A DNA stretch of 64,000 bases, taken from NCBI RefSeq assembly GCF_036365525.1, contig NC_090404.1:5456001-5520000 (forward strand), written 5' to 3'. Source of the stretch: Heterodontus francisci (taxonomy: Eukaryota). Both the position numbers and the translations under genes were made by a program. A model generated the notes under the pieces. The model saw nothing but the letters and a program-made list of their open reading frames with translations. It ran no database searches and was not told where the DNA came from. This document shows, piece by piece, positions 49,315 through 62,594 of this stretch (positions are counted from its first letter, which is position 1; the number at the start of each line of letters is the position of its first letter).

Positions 49315-52300
49315 ATAGGAACAGAGGAATATAGCAACAGAGGAGCAGCAGTAGGCCATTCAGCCCATCGAGCCTTCCCCACCATTCAATATGATCATCC
49401 ACTTCAATGCCTTTTCCCCACACTATCCTCATATCCCCTTATGTCATTTGTATTTAGAAATCTGTCAATCTCTGCTTTAAACATACTCAATGACTGAGCT
49501 TCCACAGCCCTCTGGAGTAGAGAATTCCAAGGATTCACAACCCTCCACATAAAGAACTTTTCCTCATCTCTGTCCTAAGTGGCTTCCCCCTTATTTTGAA
49601 ATTGTGTCCCCTGGTGCTAGACTCCTCAACCAGGGAAAACATCTTACCTGTATTTACCCTCTCTATCCCTTTAAGCATTTCATAGGTTTCAATGAGACTA
49701 CCTCTCATGCTTCAAAACGCGAGAGAATAAAGGCCCAGTTTCCCCAATCTCTCTTCATAGGACAGTGCCGCCATCCCGGAAACAAGTCTGGTGAATCTTC
49801 GTTGCACTCCCTCTTTGGCAATAATATCCTTCCTAAGGTAAAAGGAACAAAACTGCACATAGTACTCTGAGTGCGGTCTAACCAAGGTTCTATACAATTG
49901 AAACAAGACTTCACTACTCCTGCACTCAAATCCTCTTGTGATAAAAGCTAACATACCATTAGCTTTCCTAATTGCTTGCTGCACCTGCATGTTAGCTTTC
50001 AGTGACGTATTGACAAGGCCACCTAGGTCCCTTTGTACATCAACACTTTCTAATCTCTTACAATTTAAGAAATACTCTGCACATGTATTCCTCCTACCAA
50101 ACTAGATAACCTCACATTTTCCACATTATATTCCATCTGCCACGTTCTTGCGCATTCACTAAGTCTGGCTCAATCCCCTTGAAGCCGCTTTGCATCTTCC
50201 TCACAACACACATTCCCACCTAGTTTTGCGTCATCTGCGAACTTGGAAAAACTACGTTTGGTCCCCACATTCAAAGCATTGATATATATTGTGAACAACT
50301 GAGGTCCAAGCACTGATCCCTGCGGTACCCCACTAGTCACAGCCCGCCAACGCGAGAATGACCCATTTATTTCTACTCTCTGCTTTCTGCCTGTTAACCA
50401 ATCCTTAATCGATGACAGTATAATACCTCCGATCCAATTTTGCTAACCAACCTCCTGTGGGGGACTTTATCAAAAGCCTGCTGAAAATCCAAGTAGACCA
50501 CGTCCACCGACTTCCCTTATCAATTCTGTTCGTAACATCCTCAAAAAACTCCAACAACTTCGTCAAACATGATTTCCCATTCATAAATCCATGTTGACTA
50601 TGCCCAATCAGATCATTATTATCCAAGTGTCCGTTTATCTCATTCTTTAGAATAGGTTCTAGCATTTTCCCAACGAATAATGTAAGGCTAACAGGTCTGT
50701 AATTCCCTGTTTTCTCTCTCCCTCCCTTCTTAAATAGTGGAGTGACATTCGCTACCTTCCCATTTGCAGGAAACGCTCCAGCATCTATAGAATTTTGGAA
50801 GATGATCACCAATGCATCCACTATCTCCATAGCTATCTCTTTCAACACTCTGGGACGTAGAATATCAGGTCCTGGGGACTTATCAACCTTCAGCCCCATT
50901 AATTTCTCCAATACAACCTTCTTACTAATACTAATTCCCTTCAATTCCTCATTCCCCCTAATCCCTTGGATCTCTAATTTTGGGAGATTTCTTGTATCTT
51001 CATCTGTGAAGACAAACACAAAGTAATTATTTAGCTTCTCTGCCATTTCTCTACTTCCCATTATAAATTCTCCTGACTCTGCCTGTAATGGACCCACATT
51101 TGTCTTAGCCAAACGTTTCCTTTTTACGTACCTGTAGAAGCTTTTACAGTCCGTTTCTATATTTGTGCTAGCTTACATTCATATTCCATTCTCCATTTCT
51201 TTATCAGTTTCTTTGTCCACCTTTGCCGTATTCTATACTCCTCCCAATTCTCAGGTTTACGGCTATTTCTGGCAAATTTATAGGCCTTTTTTAAATCTTA
51301 TACAATCCTTAACTTCCTTTGTTATCCACTGTTGACTGCATTTACTTTTGGGACTTTTGCCTTGAAGGAATGTGTAGTTGCTGTAAACTATGGAATATTT
51401 CTTTAAAGACTATCCATTGCCTATGTGCTGTCAAACCTTTTAATGTATTTTCCCAATCCACCTCAGCCAATTTTCCCCTCATACCTTCATAATTTCCTTT
51501 GTTCAAATTTAACACCCTGGCTTCAGATTGAACTACCTCACTTTCAAACATAACACAAAATTCTATCATATTATGGTCACCCATCCCTCAAGGTTCTTTT
51601 ACAGCAAGATTATTAATTAGCCCTTTTTCATTACATAAAACTAGATCTAAAATAGCCTGTTCTTCATTCCGTTCCTCAACATACTGCACTGGAAAACCAT
51701 CCCTAACACACTCCAGAAACACGTCCTCCATAGCATTAGTGCTCATTCGGTTTACCCAGTCTATATGCAGATTGAAGTCACCCATGATTACTGTATTACC
51801 CATGCCACATGCTTCACTAATCTCCTGAGCAATACCATGCCCCACACTACTACTACTGTTTGGTGGCCTATAAACAACTCCTACCAATGTTTGCTGCCCC
51901 TTGCTGTTTCTTCGCTCCACCCAAATAGATTCCACATTTTGCTCTTTCGATCTGAGATCCTCCCTTACTATTGTACTGATCTCATCCCTTATTATCAGCG
52001 CAACACCACTCCTTTTCCTTTTTGCCTCTCCTTCCTAAATGTCGAATATCTTTGAATTTTCAGCTCCCTGGCTTGGTCACCCTGTAGCCACGTTTCCGTT
52101 ATGGCAATTAGATCATACCCAGTTACCTCTATTTAAGTCTTTAAATCATCTAACTTGCTGCAAATGCTGTGTGTATTCAGGTAGAGTGCCCTTAACCTTG
52201 TCTTCTTGACATTATTCTGCATTCTAAACCTAGTTGACGCTCGCCTTTGTTTCACCTGCCTTCTTATGTCGCTTGCTACTTTTCTACCTCCTGTTACCAG

Positions 52301-54000
52301 CTTTACCTCCTTCCAATGTGAGCTATCCCTCAGGTTCCCATCCCCCTGACAAGCTAGTTTAAACTCTCCCCAACAATACGAGCAAATCTCCCTACGAAGA
52401 TATTAGTTCTGGTCCTGATAATGTGTAGCCTGTCCATTTTGTATAGGTCTCACCTGCCCCAAAACGGTCCCAATGCCCCAGACATCGGATGCCCTGCCTC
52501 CTACATCAATTGTCCAGCCACCTGTTCAATCGATCAATCCTCCTCTTTCTATGTTCACGAGGACGTGACACTGGGAATAATCCTGAGATTACTGCTTTGG
52601 AGGTCCTGCTTTTTAATTTCCTTCCTAACTCCCTAAAATCTGCTTTCAGGACCTTATCCCTCTTCCCACCTTGATACAACAACTTTATCGGCCTACTGCT
52701 GAAACCTTTGATCTTGGCAGCGGGGTTGTTCTCTCTGTTGGCTTGCCCCTGATTTCGCTTCCTTTTCTCCTTCTGTTGGAATGTTTCAATCTTGCGTTTT
52801 TTCGCTGCGGAGTCCTCCTCATCCTCTTCATCTGATTCAGGGACTTCCGGCTCTTCTGGAAGCAAGGCAGCCTTGCGTTGTGGAGCGTCGTCACCATTAT
52901 CCTGGTACATGCTGGACCACTTCACCGCCATATCCACACCCAATGGTGGCTTTTTCTCCTCCACTGCGTATGACTCTGGTGGGGGCACAGCATTCGTTTT
53001 CCAGACTTTGAATTCTTTTGGTGGTACCAATGTGGACCATGACCTCTGACAGTTCACCCTCCCCCAGAAGGATGCCCTGCAGCCGCTCCATGACATTCTT
53101 GACCCTGGCACCAGGGAGGCAGCACATCATCCTGGAGTCATGGTTACTGCCGCAGAAACCCCTTTCTGTCCTCCAGACCATCGAATCTCCTATCATTACT
53201 GCTCTTCCACTCTTCTTCCTCCCTTCCTGTGCAGCTGAGCCACCCGTGGTACCACGAAATTTGTTGTGGCTGCACTCCTCCAGGAACCATCGCTCTCACC
53301 GATTAGCAAGCAAGATAAGCTCAAGGGATTCCTGCACTGCCTGTCTGGTTCTCTTAAACTGCCTGGCGGTGATCCATTCCCTCTCTGCCTGCATGCTCCT
53401 AACCTGCGGTGTGACCACCTCGTTAAACGTGCTATCCACGTTTTCCACTGCCTCACGGATGCACAACAGTGATTCCAGTCACCGCTCGAGTTCCAAAAAC
53501 CGGAGCTCAAGCTTCTGCAGCCAGTAACACTTCATGCAGATATATTCGTCTCGGACACGTGCTGCATCCATGACTTCCCAGGTACCGCAGGATGTACATT
53601 CCACTTTGTCAAGCTGCCCCGCCATAATGTAATTGTAAAAACTTTTCATTACTATGAGAAGTAAAATAACTTATCAGTTACTCGCCAATCGACTTCTTCC
53701 CCGCTCCGAAGAAAGAGGCAACTACTGGAGGCTGAAAACGGTACAAGAGAGAAAGAAAGGAGTTGCTCCCTCATGCACCAAACTCCCATTTTACATTATG
53801 TGCACTCATATTTATTTTCTTCCTAATTTGTAGGTCCACCTCCTTACCAATCTCCCTCAACTACCAAACCCCCTTCTTAACACTCTGTGTCGTCCAGCAG
53901 CACTCAATGCAGACAAGAAGCACTGAGAGTCCCCTGAATTTATACACTGAAAACAATGTTGTGGCAGCTCTGCTAGAGCTCTGCTAAAGCTCAGAAACCA
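49315..54000 (-). mobile_element. Near full-length CR1 LINE, defective
   Basis: ORF1 (MIGDSMV...CCLPGARV...VMVHIGT), APE (VGVVYRPPN, IMGDFN), RT region (NYRPVSLT, SQHGF) and a CR1-type tail. Confidence 0.92.
52740..53024 (-). pseudogene. C1orf52: Intronless fragment of C1orf52 (UPF0690) coding sequence inside CR1 ORF1
   Basis: [19 protein letters not shown]...[27 protein letters not shown] matches the human C1orf52 stretch PPKEFKIWKSNYVPPPETY...[19 protein letters not shown] as recalled. Confidence 0.85.
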
Positions 54001-54204
54001 GTTTAAGCTAGCTACCAACATTCCTGGCTCAGTTATGTTGTGAAGTGCTTGTGCTGGTGATGATCAGCTTATTACTGGTGAAAAGATGGGCACAAGAGCC
54101 TCACCACTCCTCACCAAAGACTGCTTAACTGTTTCCATCCCGATCCAATACCGTGGGAAATAATCGTTGAAGATTTTGTATGTTTGTTTTGATCTGACGC
54201 TGTG

Positions 54205-54497
54205 CCTCACTGCACACTGCACAGTAATAGACTGCCCCGTCGTCCACATTTAGAGCGCTTATATTGAGGTAACCGTACTTCTTATACGTGTCAACAGTCG
54301 CCAGCTATTGTCCTGAGATGTCGTCTCCCTTCAGTCCTGCTATTTTGCTAATTACCTAACTTGAAGGCCCTGCCGTTGATACCATTGTATGTTGTTTATA
54401 ACCGGTGCTGTATATTTGCAAGTTAACTGCACCAAACCCTCTTCTGACCGGGTTACTGCCACTGGAGGTGCGGTTAGTATATCTGCACACTGTCTGC
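54205..54497 (-). pseudogene. TCR V pseudogene
   Basis: VQLTCKYTAPVINNIQWYQRQG, a frameshift and stop, then YLNISALNVDDGAVYYCAV. The RSS CACAGCG-18-ACAAAATCT has the wrong spacer length. Confidence 0.8.
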
Positions 54498-56149
54498 CTG
54501 TGAATATAGAGGAACAAGAGAACAGGGTGGTTGAACAGGATCAATCTAAACTTGTGTCTGCCTGTGTGAGCGTGTGCAACCTCCCATCACCCCAGTTCTC
54601 CACCAACTGGATGCTTCTGAATGATAGTTGCACTATGTCCCTGCACAAACTCTTTGTCTCAGTCTTTGTTGTGTAATCTAATCCAATACTGTCCAATACA
54701 GAAACATGCCAGACTAACTCCCTCACAATAAATGAAAGAGCTAACAATTGAGAAGCGGAGAGAGGTAACCCGGGGCCTGTCCAGCTCATTGTTCCACCCA
54801 CACACTGAAGGGAGCGACCCCATTGTGATCTCACTCAGGCGATGATCGGTATTGGCTGTGGCTTTGGCATCCCATGACTTGGCGCCCTCTTCTGGTGGAG
54901 TCTAGTTAATCCGATTTAGAGTGAGCACGTTGAGGGGTTTTCGGGCTCAAGGATCAAAACACGGACGTTTGATGTCGTCTACCAGAAATCGAAATTGGAG
55001 CCGATTGAGCCCAGTCATCAGTTTTGATGGTGTTTAAGCAGGAAGTTTATGGTAAACCTTTATGAATCACTGGTTACAGTTTGCTAGTGTATTATTTCCA
55101 ATTCTGGGCACCACTATTTAGAAATGAATTCAAGGCCATGGGGAGGATGCCGAGGAGATTTATTAGGATGGTACCAGGGATGAGCTACTTTGGGTACATG
55201 GCGAGACTAGAGAAGCTAAGAGTGTTCTCCTTATATGAAGGAAGGTTCAATGAGATTTAATTGAGGGGTGCAAAGTTTTTTAAGGGGTTTCTTAGACTGT
55301 ATTGCAAATCACTGCTTCCCCTTGGCAGGAAGCTTGATAACCCAAATGCTAAGATTGAAGAGAATTGGGAAAAAAGAAAGGAGGAGAGGAAATGTAATTT
55401 TTACATAACGATTTGTTATGATCTGTAGTTGTGTTGACTGAAAGAATGGCAGAAGCATATTCAGTGGTAACTTCCAAAGATTATTGCATTTGTACTTGAA
55501 CAGAATAAAAATACAAGGCTATGTGAAAAGCGAGTGGCGAGTAGTAATAAAAGGTTATGACTTTTCAGAGCCAGCGCATGCCCTGTAGGCTGAATGACAT
55601 CCTTCGGTGACTAAGATTTTATGATTCTTGTCTGCTCATTGCCATCCCACACTATTCGTTCCCAGTCACTTGAACAGAAACATTCTGGCCACAGAATTTT
55701 CGAAGGCCCAATGTCTCCGTTCCACTCCATCAACGCCGGGTCGAGCTGAGCGCGGCCGGGCACCTTCTCTTACTTAACCAAGTCTTGAATTCTCTCATAT
55801 GATAAAAGAAAATTACTGCGGATGCTGGAAATCTGAAATAAAAACAAGAAATGCTGGAAATACTCAGCAGGTCTGGCAGTACCTGTGGAGAGAAGCAGAG
55901 TTTGTCAGGGGGGGTTGTAATGAATACACGGCAAGGGGTCAGATCAGAAGGGGTGGGGTCAGAGGGAGGTGAAGGGGAAGAAGGATCCTGCGGGGCATTA
56001 GGCCCTATCAGCTGCTGGAGTTTGCCTACCCTAACACCTGAAAGAAAGAAAAGAAGTTTTTCTTATTGCGTCGGATAAGAGGAAGGATGAAATGAAACTG
56101 CGGAGTAGAACAGCTTTGAGATAATCTGAGGCGGTGCTGCTGCAGAGAG

Positions 56150-56535
56150 AAGTCCAGTGTGCACAGTGGCAGCAGTGTGTACCATCTACAAGATGCGCTG
56201 CAGCAATGCACCAAGGCTCCTTCGACAGCACCTTCCAAACCTGCAACCTGTACCAACTAGAAGGACAAGGGCGGCAAATACATGGGAACACCACCACCTG
56301 CAAGTTCCCCTCCAAGTCACACACCATCCCGACTTGGAACTATATCGCCGTTCCTTCACTGTCGCTGGGTCAAAATCCCGGAACTCCCTTCCTAACAGCA
56401 CTGTGGGTCTACCTACCTCACATGGACTGCAGCGGTTCAAGAAGGCAGCTCACCACCACCTTCTCAAGGGCAATTAGGGATGGGCAATAAATGCTGGCCT
56501 GGCCAGCGACGCCCACATCCCGTGAATGAATTTTA
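56150..56535 (+). mobile_element. L2/Crack-like LINE 3' fragment
   Basis: Same 3' end as the element at 58400-61455. Confidence 0.8.
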
Positions 56536-56791
56536 AAAGAACATGTGGCGGCACATAGAACTGAGTTCTCTCAATTTGGCAGTTCTGACAACCCCACCCA
56601 CCGTTATCATTTACTGCTCTCGCTCCGACCCGCTTTGCTTCTGCCATGTTATTGGAGAGATTGCTGCCCCCGTTCCTCGCTCCCGGTTTGGCATCGATTT
56701 AACCAACAGTGCAGTGGGACGGGAATCTGTATGTATGTCCACTCCGATAGGCGTTTTCCTCGACTGCAGAGTTGCAGATTCTGGGAACATC

Positions 56792-57301
56792 ATGCGGAAC
56801 CGTATCACGCAGTTCCCCATCGTTATATCACTTCTCAGTAAGTACTTTGTTCCCCATAACAATCGATTCTCCCCCCCCCCCCCCCCCCCCCCGACTGCTG
56901 TAACCTAGGTGTCATTATTGGTGAAATAATCTTGATGGTGATGACGAATATGTTTGTTCAATTGGCTGACGATCCTGATTGCAATTGTTTATATTATTTT
57001 ATGTTAGAATGGAGCCACCAAGATACAGCGGAACAGCCGGTTCCCGAAATAACGGCTGAACCGTTATGTGTTATGGGTCAGTCAGCAACCCGGGCAGCCA
57101 CCACAGTACGTGCTTTATCTCCATGCAGGGAGAATAAACTGGAACCCAGGCTTCACTGGCCGATTCTCTTCTACATTTGATAAAATCACCAAGATTAGCG
57201 AGTTAACGATCAGCCATGCGCTGATCTCCGACAGCTCCGTGTATTGCTGTGCCATGAGCCTCACAATGCTGCAGAGGTACCGCGGACCTCAGACAAAAAC
57301 T
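56792..57301 (+). pseudogene. TCR V pseudogene; leader 56792-56837, V exon 57008-57261
   Basis: Leader MRNRITQFPIVISLL. An internal deletion removes the first Cys and CDR1 and shifts frame, then QQPGQPPQYVL...ISDSSVYCCAMS. RSS CACAATG-24-ACAAAAACT. Confidence 0.85.
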
Positions 57302-57865
57302 CACGCTGACAGTTCCAGAGGGCGCTCTCGCACCAATAAACAGAAGCAAGAATTCACCCTGCACAGTGAGGCGCGCAAGGGGCCTCCTTAAATTTGCAAT
57401 AATGCACAGCACTGCACAGGAGCAGGTGAGGTCCAATCGTGCATTTTTTGTTAATTTGCTTCCAGCTTGCATTTATAATGAGCTGAACTTTACAAATCGA
57501 CATCTGATGCCTTTATTCAGCGTTTGACCTTTGCTGCTCTTTCCGTGCCAATTTGTTCTTTATCATCCCTGTCCCCACTCTTCACCCACTTTCCTTCTTC
57601 CAGACCGTATTTTAAAGATATAACCCGTTGCTACTTCTCCTTACATTAATTCAGAGCCGCTCCAACCCCGCTACAGATGAATCCAGCCTTGTTTTTTTTT
57701 CTCTTCATCACTGATAAGATTTCAGTATCTATTGAATAATATACTGATCCTGATTTCACGTCCAGTGTTTGCCCGCCCTCAATAAGGAATGAATGTGAAA
57801 GTAACACAATTCTTACAGAGAGGCAATGATATAATTTCCGATGAGCGCATTATTATTGAATCCAA

Positions 57866-58021
57866 TCGGCCTCACTGGCCGATTGATTTACGACATTCAA
57901 TAAAATTAACAAGTTTACCAAGCTATCGATCAGCAATGCTCAGATCTCCGACACCGCCCTGTATATCGGTGTTAAGAGCCCCATACTGCTGTTGAGATAT
58001 AGCGGATCCCAGGCAAAAACA
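57866..58021 (+). pseudogene. 3' relic of a paralogous V
   Basis: Aligns to 57148-57301 (KFTKLSISNAQISDTALY) with a decayed RSS and a shared 3' flank. Confidence 0.65.
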
Positions 58022-58044
58022 ATAATAAGAGTTCCAGTTAATGC

Positions 58045-58058
58045 TCACCAGAGGGCGC
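58045..58058 (+). promoter_or_regulatory. CTCF-like motif just 3' of a relic RSS
   Basis: TCACCAGAGGGCGC. Confidence 0.5.
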
Positions 58059-58399
58059 TCTCACACCGATAAACAAGCAATAATTCAACCTCCACAGCGA
58101 GAGTCACCGGCATATGTTCTCGCTTCAGCCGAAGTCACAAAGGCATTGCTCCTCATTACAGAGAGTTGGTTATACATAGGTTGAGACAGCAAACGCTGCA
58201 CACGTGGGGCAAGGCAAATACGAAGGTCTCCATGAACTACGAGAGGCAGTGCAGGAATTGATTTCACGCTGTTGGCATCATTCTGCATCGCATGCTCACC
58301 GGCTCGCTAACTGAGCTAAAGGACCCTCCACAGGCCGATGGTTTAAAGTAGAACAAAATACAGCATCCAAAAAGTCACTGCCTCCCGCTTTTGTTTATA

Positions 58400-61300
58400 C
58401 ACTCACGGGATGTGGGCGTCACTGGCCAGGCCAGCATTTATTGCCCATCCCTAATTGCCCTTGAGAAGGTGGTGGTGAGCTGAATTCTTGACCTGCTGAA
58501 GTCCATTTGGGGTAGGTATACCCACAGTGCTGTTAGGAAGGGAGTTCCAGGATTTTGACCCAGCGACAGTGAAGGAATGACGATATAGTTCCAAGTCAGG
58601 ATGGTGTGTGACTTGGAGGGGAACTTACAGATGATGGTGTTCCCATGGATTTGCTGCCCTTGTTCTTCTAGATGGTAGAAGTCGCGGGTTTGGAAGGTGC
58701 TGTCTAAGGAGGAGCCTTGGTGCATTGCTGCAGTGCATCTTGTAGATGGCACACACTGCTGCCACTGTGCGTCGGTGGTGGAGGGAGTGAATGTTTGTGG
58801 ATGGGGTGCCAATCAAGCGAGCTGCTTTGTCCTGGATGTTGTCAAGCTTCTTGAGTGTTGTTGGAGCTGCACCCATCCAGGCAAGTGGAGAGTATTCTAT
58901 CACTCTCCTGACTTGTGCTTTGTAGATGGTGGACAAGCTTTGGGGAGTCAGGAGGTGAGTTACTCACCGCAGTATTTCCAGCTTCTGACCTGCTCTTGTA
59001 GCCACAGTATTTATATAGCTGGTCCAGTTCAGTTTCTAGTGAATGGCAATTCCCAGGATGTTGATAGTGGGGGATTCAGCGATGGTAATGCCATCGTATG
59101 TCAATGGAGATGGTTAGATTCTCACTTATTCGAGATAGTCATTGCCTGGCACTTGTGTGGTGAAAATGTTACTTGCCACTCATCAGCCCAAGCCTGGATA
59201 TTGTCCAAGTCTTGCTGCATTTCTACACGGACCTCTTCAGTACCTGAGGAGTCACGAATGGTGCTGAACATTGTGCAATCATCAGCGAACATCCCCACTT
59301 CTGACCTTATGATTGAAGGAAGGTCATTGATGAAGCAGCTGAAGATGGTTGGACCTAGGACACTACCCTGAGGAACTCCTACTGTGATGTCCTGGAGCTC
59401 AGATGATTGACCTCCAACAACCACAACCATCTTCCTTTGCGCTAGGTATAACTCTCACCAGCGGTGAGCTTTCCCCCTGATTCCCATTGACTCCTGTTTT
59501 GTTAGAGCTCCTTGATGCTATACTCGGTCAAATGCTGCCTTGATGTCAAGGGCAGTCACTCTCACCTCACCTCTTGAGTTCAGCTCTCTTGTCCATGTTT
59601 GAATCAAGGCTGTAATGAGGTCAGGAGCTGCGTGGCCCTGGCGGAACCCAAACTGAGCGTCACTGAGCAGGTTATTGCTAAGCAAGTGCCTCTTGATGGC
59701 ACTGTTGATGACACCTTCCATCACTTTACTGATGATTGAGAGTAGACTAATGGGGCGGTAATTGGCCGGGTTGGACTTGTCCTGTATTTGTGTACAGGAC
59801 ATACCTGGGCAATTTTCCACATTGCCGGTAGATGTCAGTGTTGTAGTTGTACTGGAACAGCTTGGCTAGGGGCACGGCAAGTTCTGGAGCACAGGTCTTC
59901 AGTACTATTGCCAGAATATTGTCAGGGCCCATAGCCTTTGCAGTATCCAGTGCCTTCAGTTGTTTCTTGATATCACGTGGAGTGAATCGCATTAACAGAA
60001 GACTGGCATCTGTATTGCTGTGGACTTCAGGAGGAGGCCGAGATGTATCATCAACTTGGCACTTCTGGCTGAAGATTGCTGCAAATGCTTCACCCTTATC
60101 TTTTGCACGGATGTGCTGGGCTCCCCCATCATTGAGGATGGGGACATTTGTGGAGCCACCTCCTCCAGTTAGTTGTTTAATTGTGCACCACTATTCAGGA
60201 CTGAAGAGCTTAGATCTGATCCATTGGTTATGGGATCGCTTAGCTCTGTCTATTGCATGCTGCTTCTGCAGTTTGGCATGCAAGTAGTCCTGTGTTGTAG
60301 CTTCACCAGGTTAACACCTCATTTTGAGGTCTGCCTGGTGCTGCTCCAGGCATGCCTTCCTGCACTCTTCATTGACGCAGGATTGGTCCCCCGGCTTGAT
60401 GGTAATGGTGGAGTGGGGTATATGCCGAGCCATGATGTTACAGATTGTGGCTGAATACAATTCTGCTGCTGTTGATGGCCCACAGTGCCTCATGGATACC
60501 CAGTTTTGCATTGCTATATCTGTTCGAAATCTGTCCCATTTAGCACAGTGGTAGTGCCACACAACACGATGGAGAGTGCCCTCAATGTGAAGGTGGAACT
60601 TAGTCTCTGCAAGGACTTTGCGATGGTCACTCTTACTAGTTCTGCCATGGACAGATGCATCTGCGGCAGGTTGGTTGTTGAGGGAGAGGTCAAGTATGTT
60701 TTTCCCTCTTGTTCATTCCCTCACCACAGCTCTGTCCTTTAGGACTCGGCCAGCTCAGTTGGTAATGGTGCTCCCGAGCCACGCTTGGTGATGGACATTG
60801 AAGTACCCCACCCAGAGAACATTTTGCGCCTTGCCGCCCTCAGTGTTTCCTCCAAATGCTGTTCAACATGGAGGAGTACTGACTCATCAGCTGAGGGAGG
60901 GTGGTAGGTGATAATCAGCAGGAGGTGTCCTTTCCCATGTTTGACCTGATGCCATGAGACTTCATGGGGTCTGGAATCGATGTTGAGGACTCCCAGGGCA
61001 ACTCCCTCCTGACTGTATACTACTGTGTCGCCACGTCTGGTGAGTCTGGCCTGCCAGTGGGACAGGACATACTCGGAGATGAAGATGATGGTGTCTGGGA
61101 CATTGTAAGGTATGAGTCCGCGAGTATGACTATGTCAGACTGTTGCTTGACCAGTCTGTGGTTCAGCTCTCCCAACTTTGGCACAAGCCCCCAGATGTTA
61201 GTAAGGAGGACTTTGCAGGGTCGACAGGGCTGGGTTTGCCAGTGTTGTTTCAGGTGCCTAGGTCAATGCCGGGTGGCTCATCCGGTTTCATTCTTTATTG

Positions 61301-61455
61301 ACTTTGTAGCGGATACAACTGAGTGGCTTGCTAATGCTAGGCCATTTCAGAGGGTATTTTAAAGTCAACCACATCGCTGTGGGTCTGGGGTCACATGTAG
61401 GCAGACCAGGTAAGGACAGCCGATTCCTTCCCTTAAGGACATTAGTGAACCAGGT
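58400..61455 (-). mobile_element. Near full-length L2/Crack-like (CR1 group) LINE, defective
   Basis: NYRPISLLSIISKVMEG, ALDIKAAFDRV, VPQGSVLGP, MFADDCT. Confidence 0.9.
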
Positions 61456-61457
61456 GT

Positions 61458-61595
61458 ATTAACGCCTGAGGACAGCGGTTGGGTGACGGAATCTCCATGA
61501 CACAGAAGTGAAAAACATAATAAAACAGATCAAACCTGTGGTTTTTAAAATTCAGATTCAAACCCTTTTGGAAATGAGAGAAAAGATGACATGTG
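61458..61595 (-). pseudogene. 5' relic of a V of the 25-kb family, cut by the LINE
   Basis: Intron and start of exon (HGDSVTQPLSSGVN) align to ~25240-25385. Confidence 0.6.
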
Positions 61596-62103
61596 GTCGG
61601 TGCAGCATCATCACCGTCATTAATATCATTTAACCAATAACATCCGGCATACAGTAATCAGGGGGAGAAGGGGATTTTACTGAGAAGGAAATACGAATTG
61701 AGAAGTGATATAATGATGAGGAACGGTATGAGATGGTTCACATGATGCTCAGTGTGTCTGTAACATTGTAGTCCGGGAAATTATCTGTCGGAGCAGAGGC
61801 ACTGCACTGCTGAACCAACCAATGCCACACAGGGAACAGCGGCAGCAATCTCTCCAATAACACAGGGTAGGCAAGGCAGATCGAGCGAGAGCAGCAAACG
61901 GAAGCTCAGCCGGGCTGTTGAAGGGCAAGGGAAAGTGACAAAGAAACCAGTAGTCCTCTTTCTCTCGCTGCCATCCCTTCCTCTGAAGCTGCAATTTTAA
62001 TAAGAAGAAGAATATAAGTAACGCGAATAATCATGCAACGGTCTATTTAAGCAATGTGAGAATTCATTAATTTCCCAGGCAAAGGACCATTTCCCTCACT
62101 TCG

Positions 62104-62117
62104 CCACCAGAGGGAGC
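62104..62117 (+). promoter_or_regulatory. CTCF-like motif
   Basis: CCACCAGAGGGAGC. Confidence 0.6.
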
Positions 62118-62594
62118 TCCCTCTTCGTGTTTACAGGCTCACTGCGACAGATCAATAACTAGCGTTGACTCCTAGAGAGGCTGCAGTTCCACAGGCTCCA
62201 TAAGGAAAGGGATATTCAGACTACCCTGAATGTGTTGTTTACATTGCGAGGTACAGTTCCACAGGCTCTATTCATTTGGTAAGGAAAGGATTTTACTGGA
62301 TTCCAACACCCAGCGTCAGGTCTGTCCCTTTACAGAGTCACTTTCACAAAGCGATGGGATTCCCCTCAATTTCCTCCACAAGGAGGAGAGGAATAAGCTG
62401 ATCATTAGACAACTGACATGTCCAGATGTGAACTGCTGGTGAAGGTAGGAACGGATCAACAAACATCCTTACATCGGCTGAACAATATCCAGTTCCAGCC
62501 AATCGAAGAGAAGGAACCCCACGTGACTGAGACTTTAACTGGGCGGTGCTGCCTTTAAGATGCCAACATTTTAATGTGTTCACTCATTACAAGG

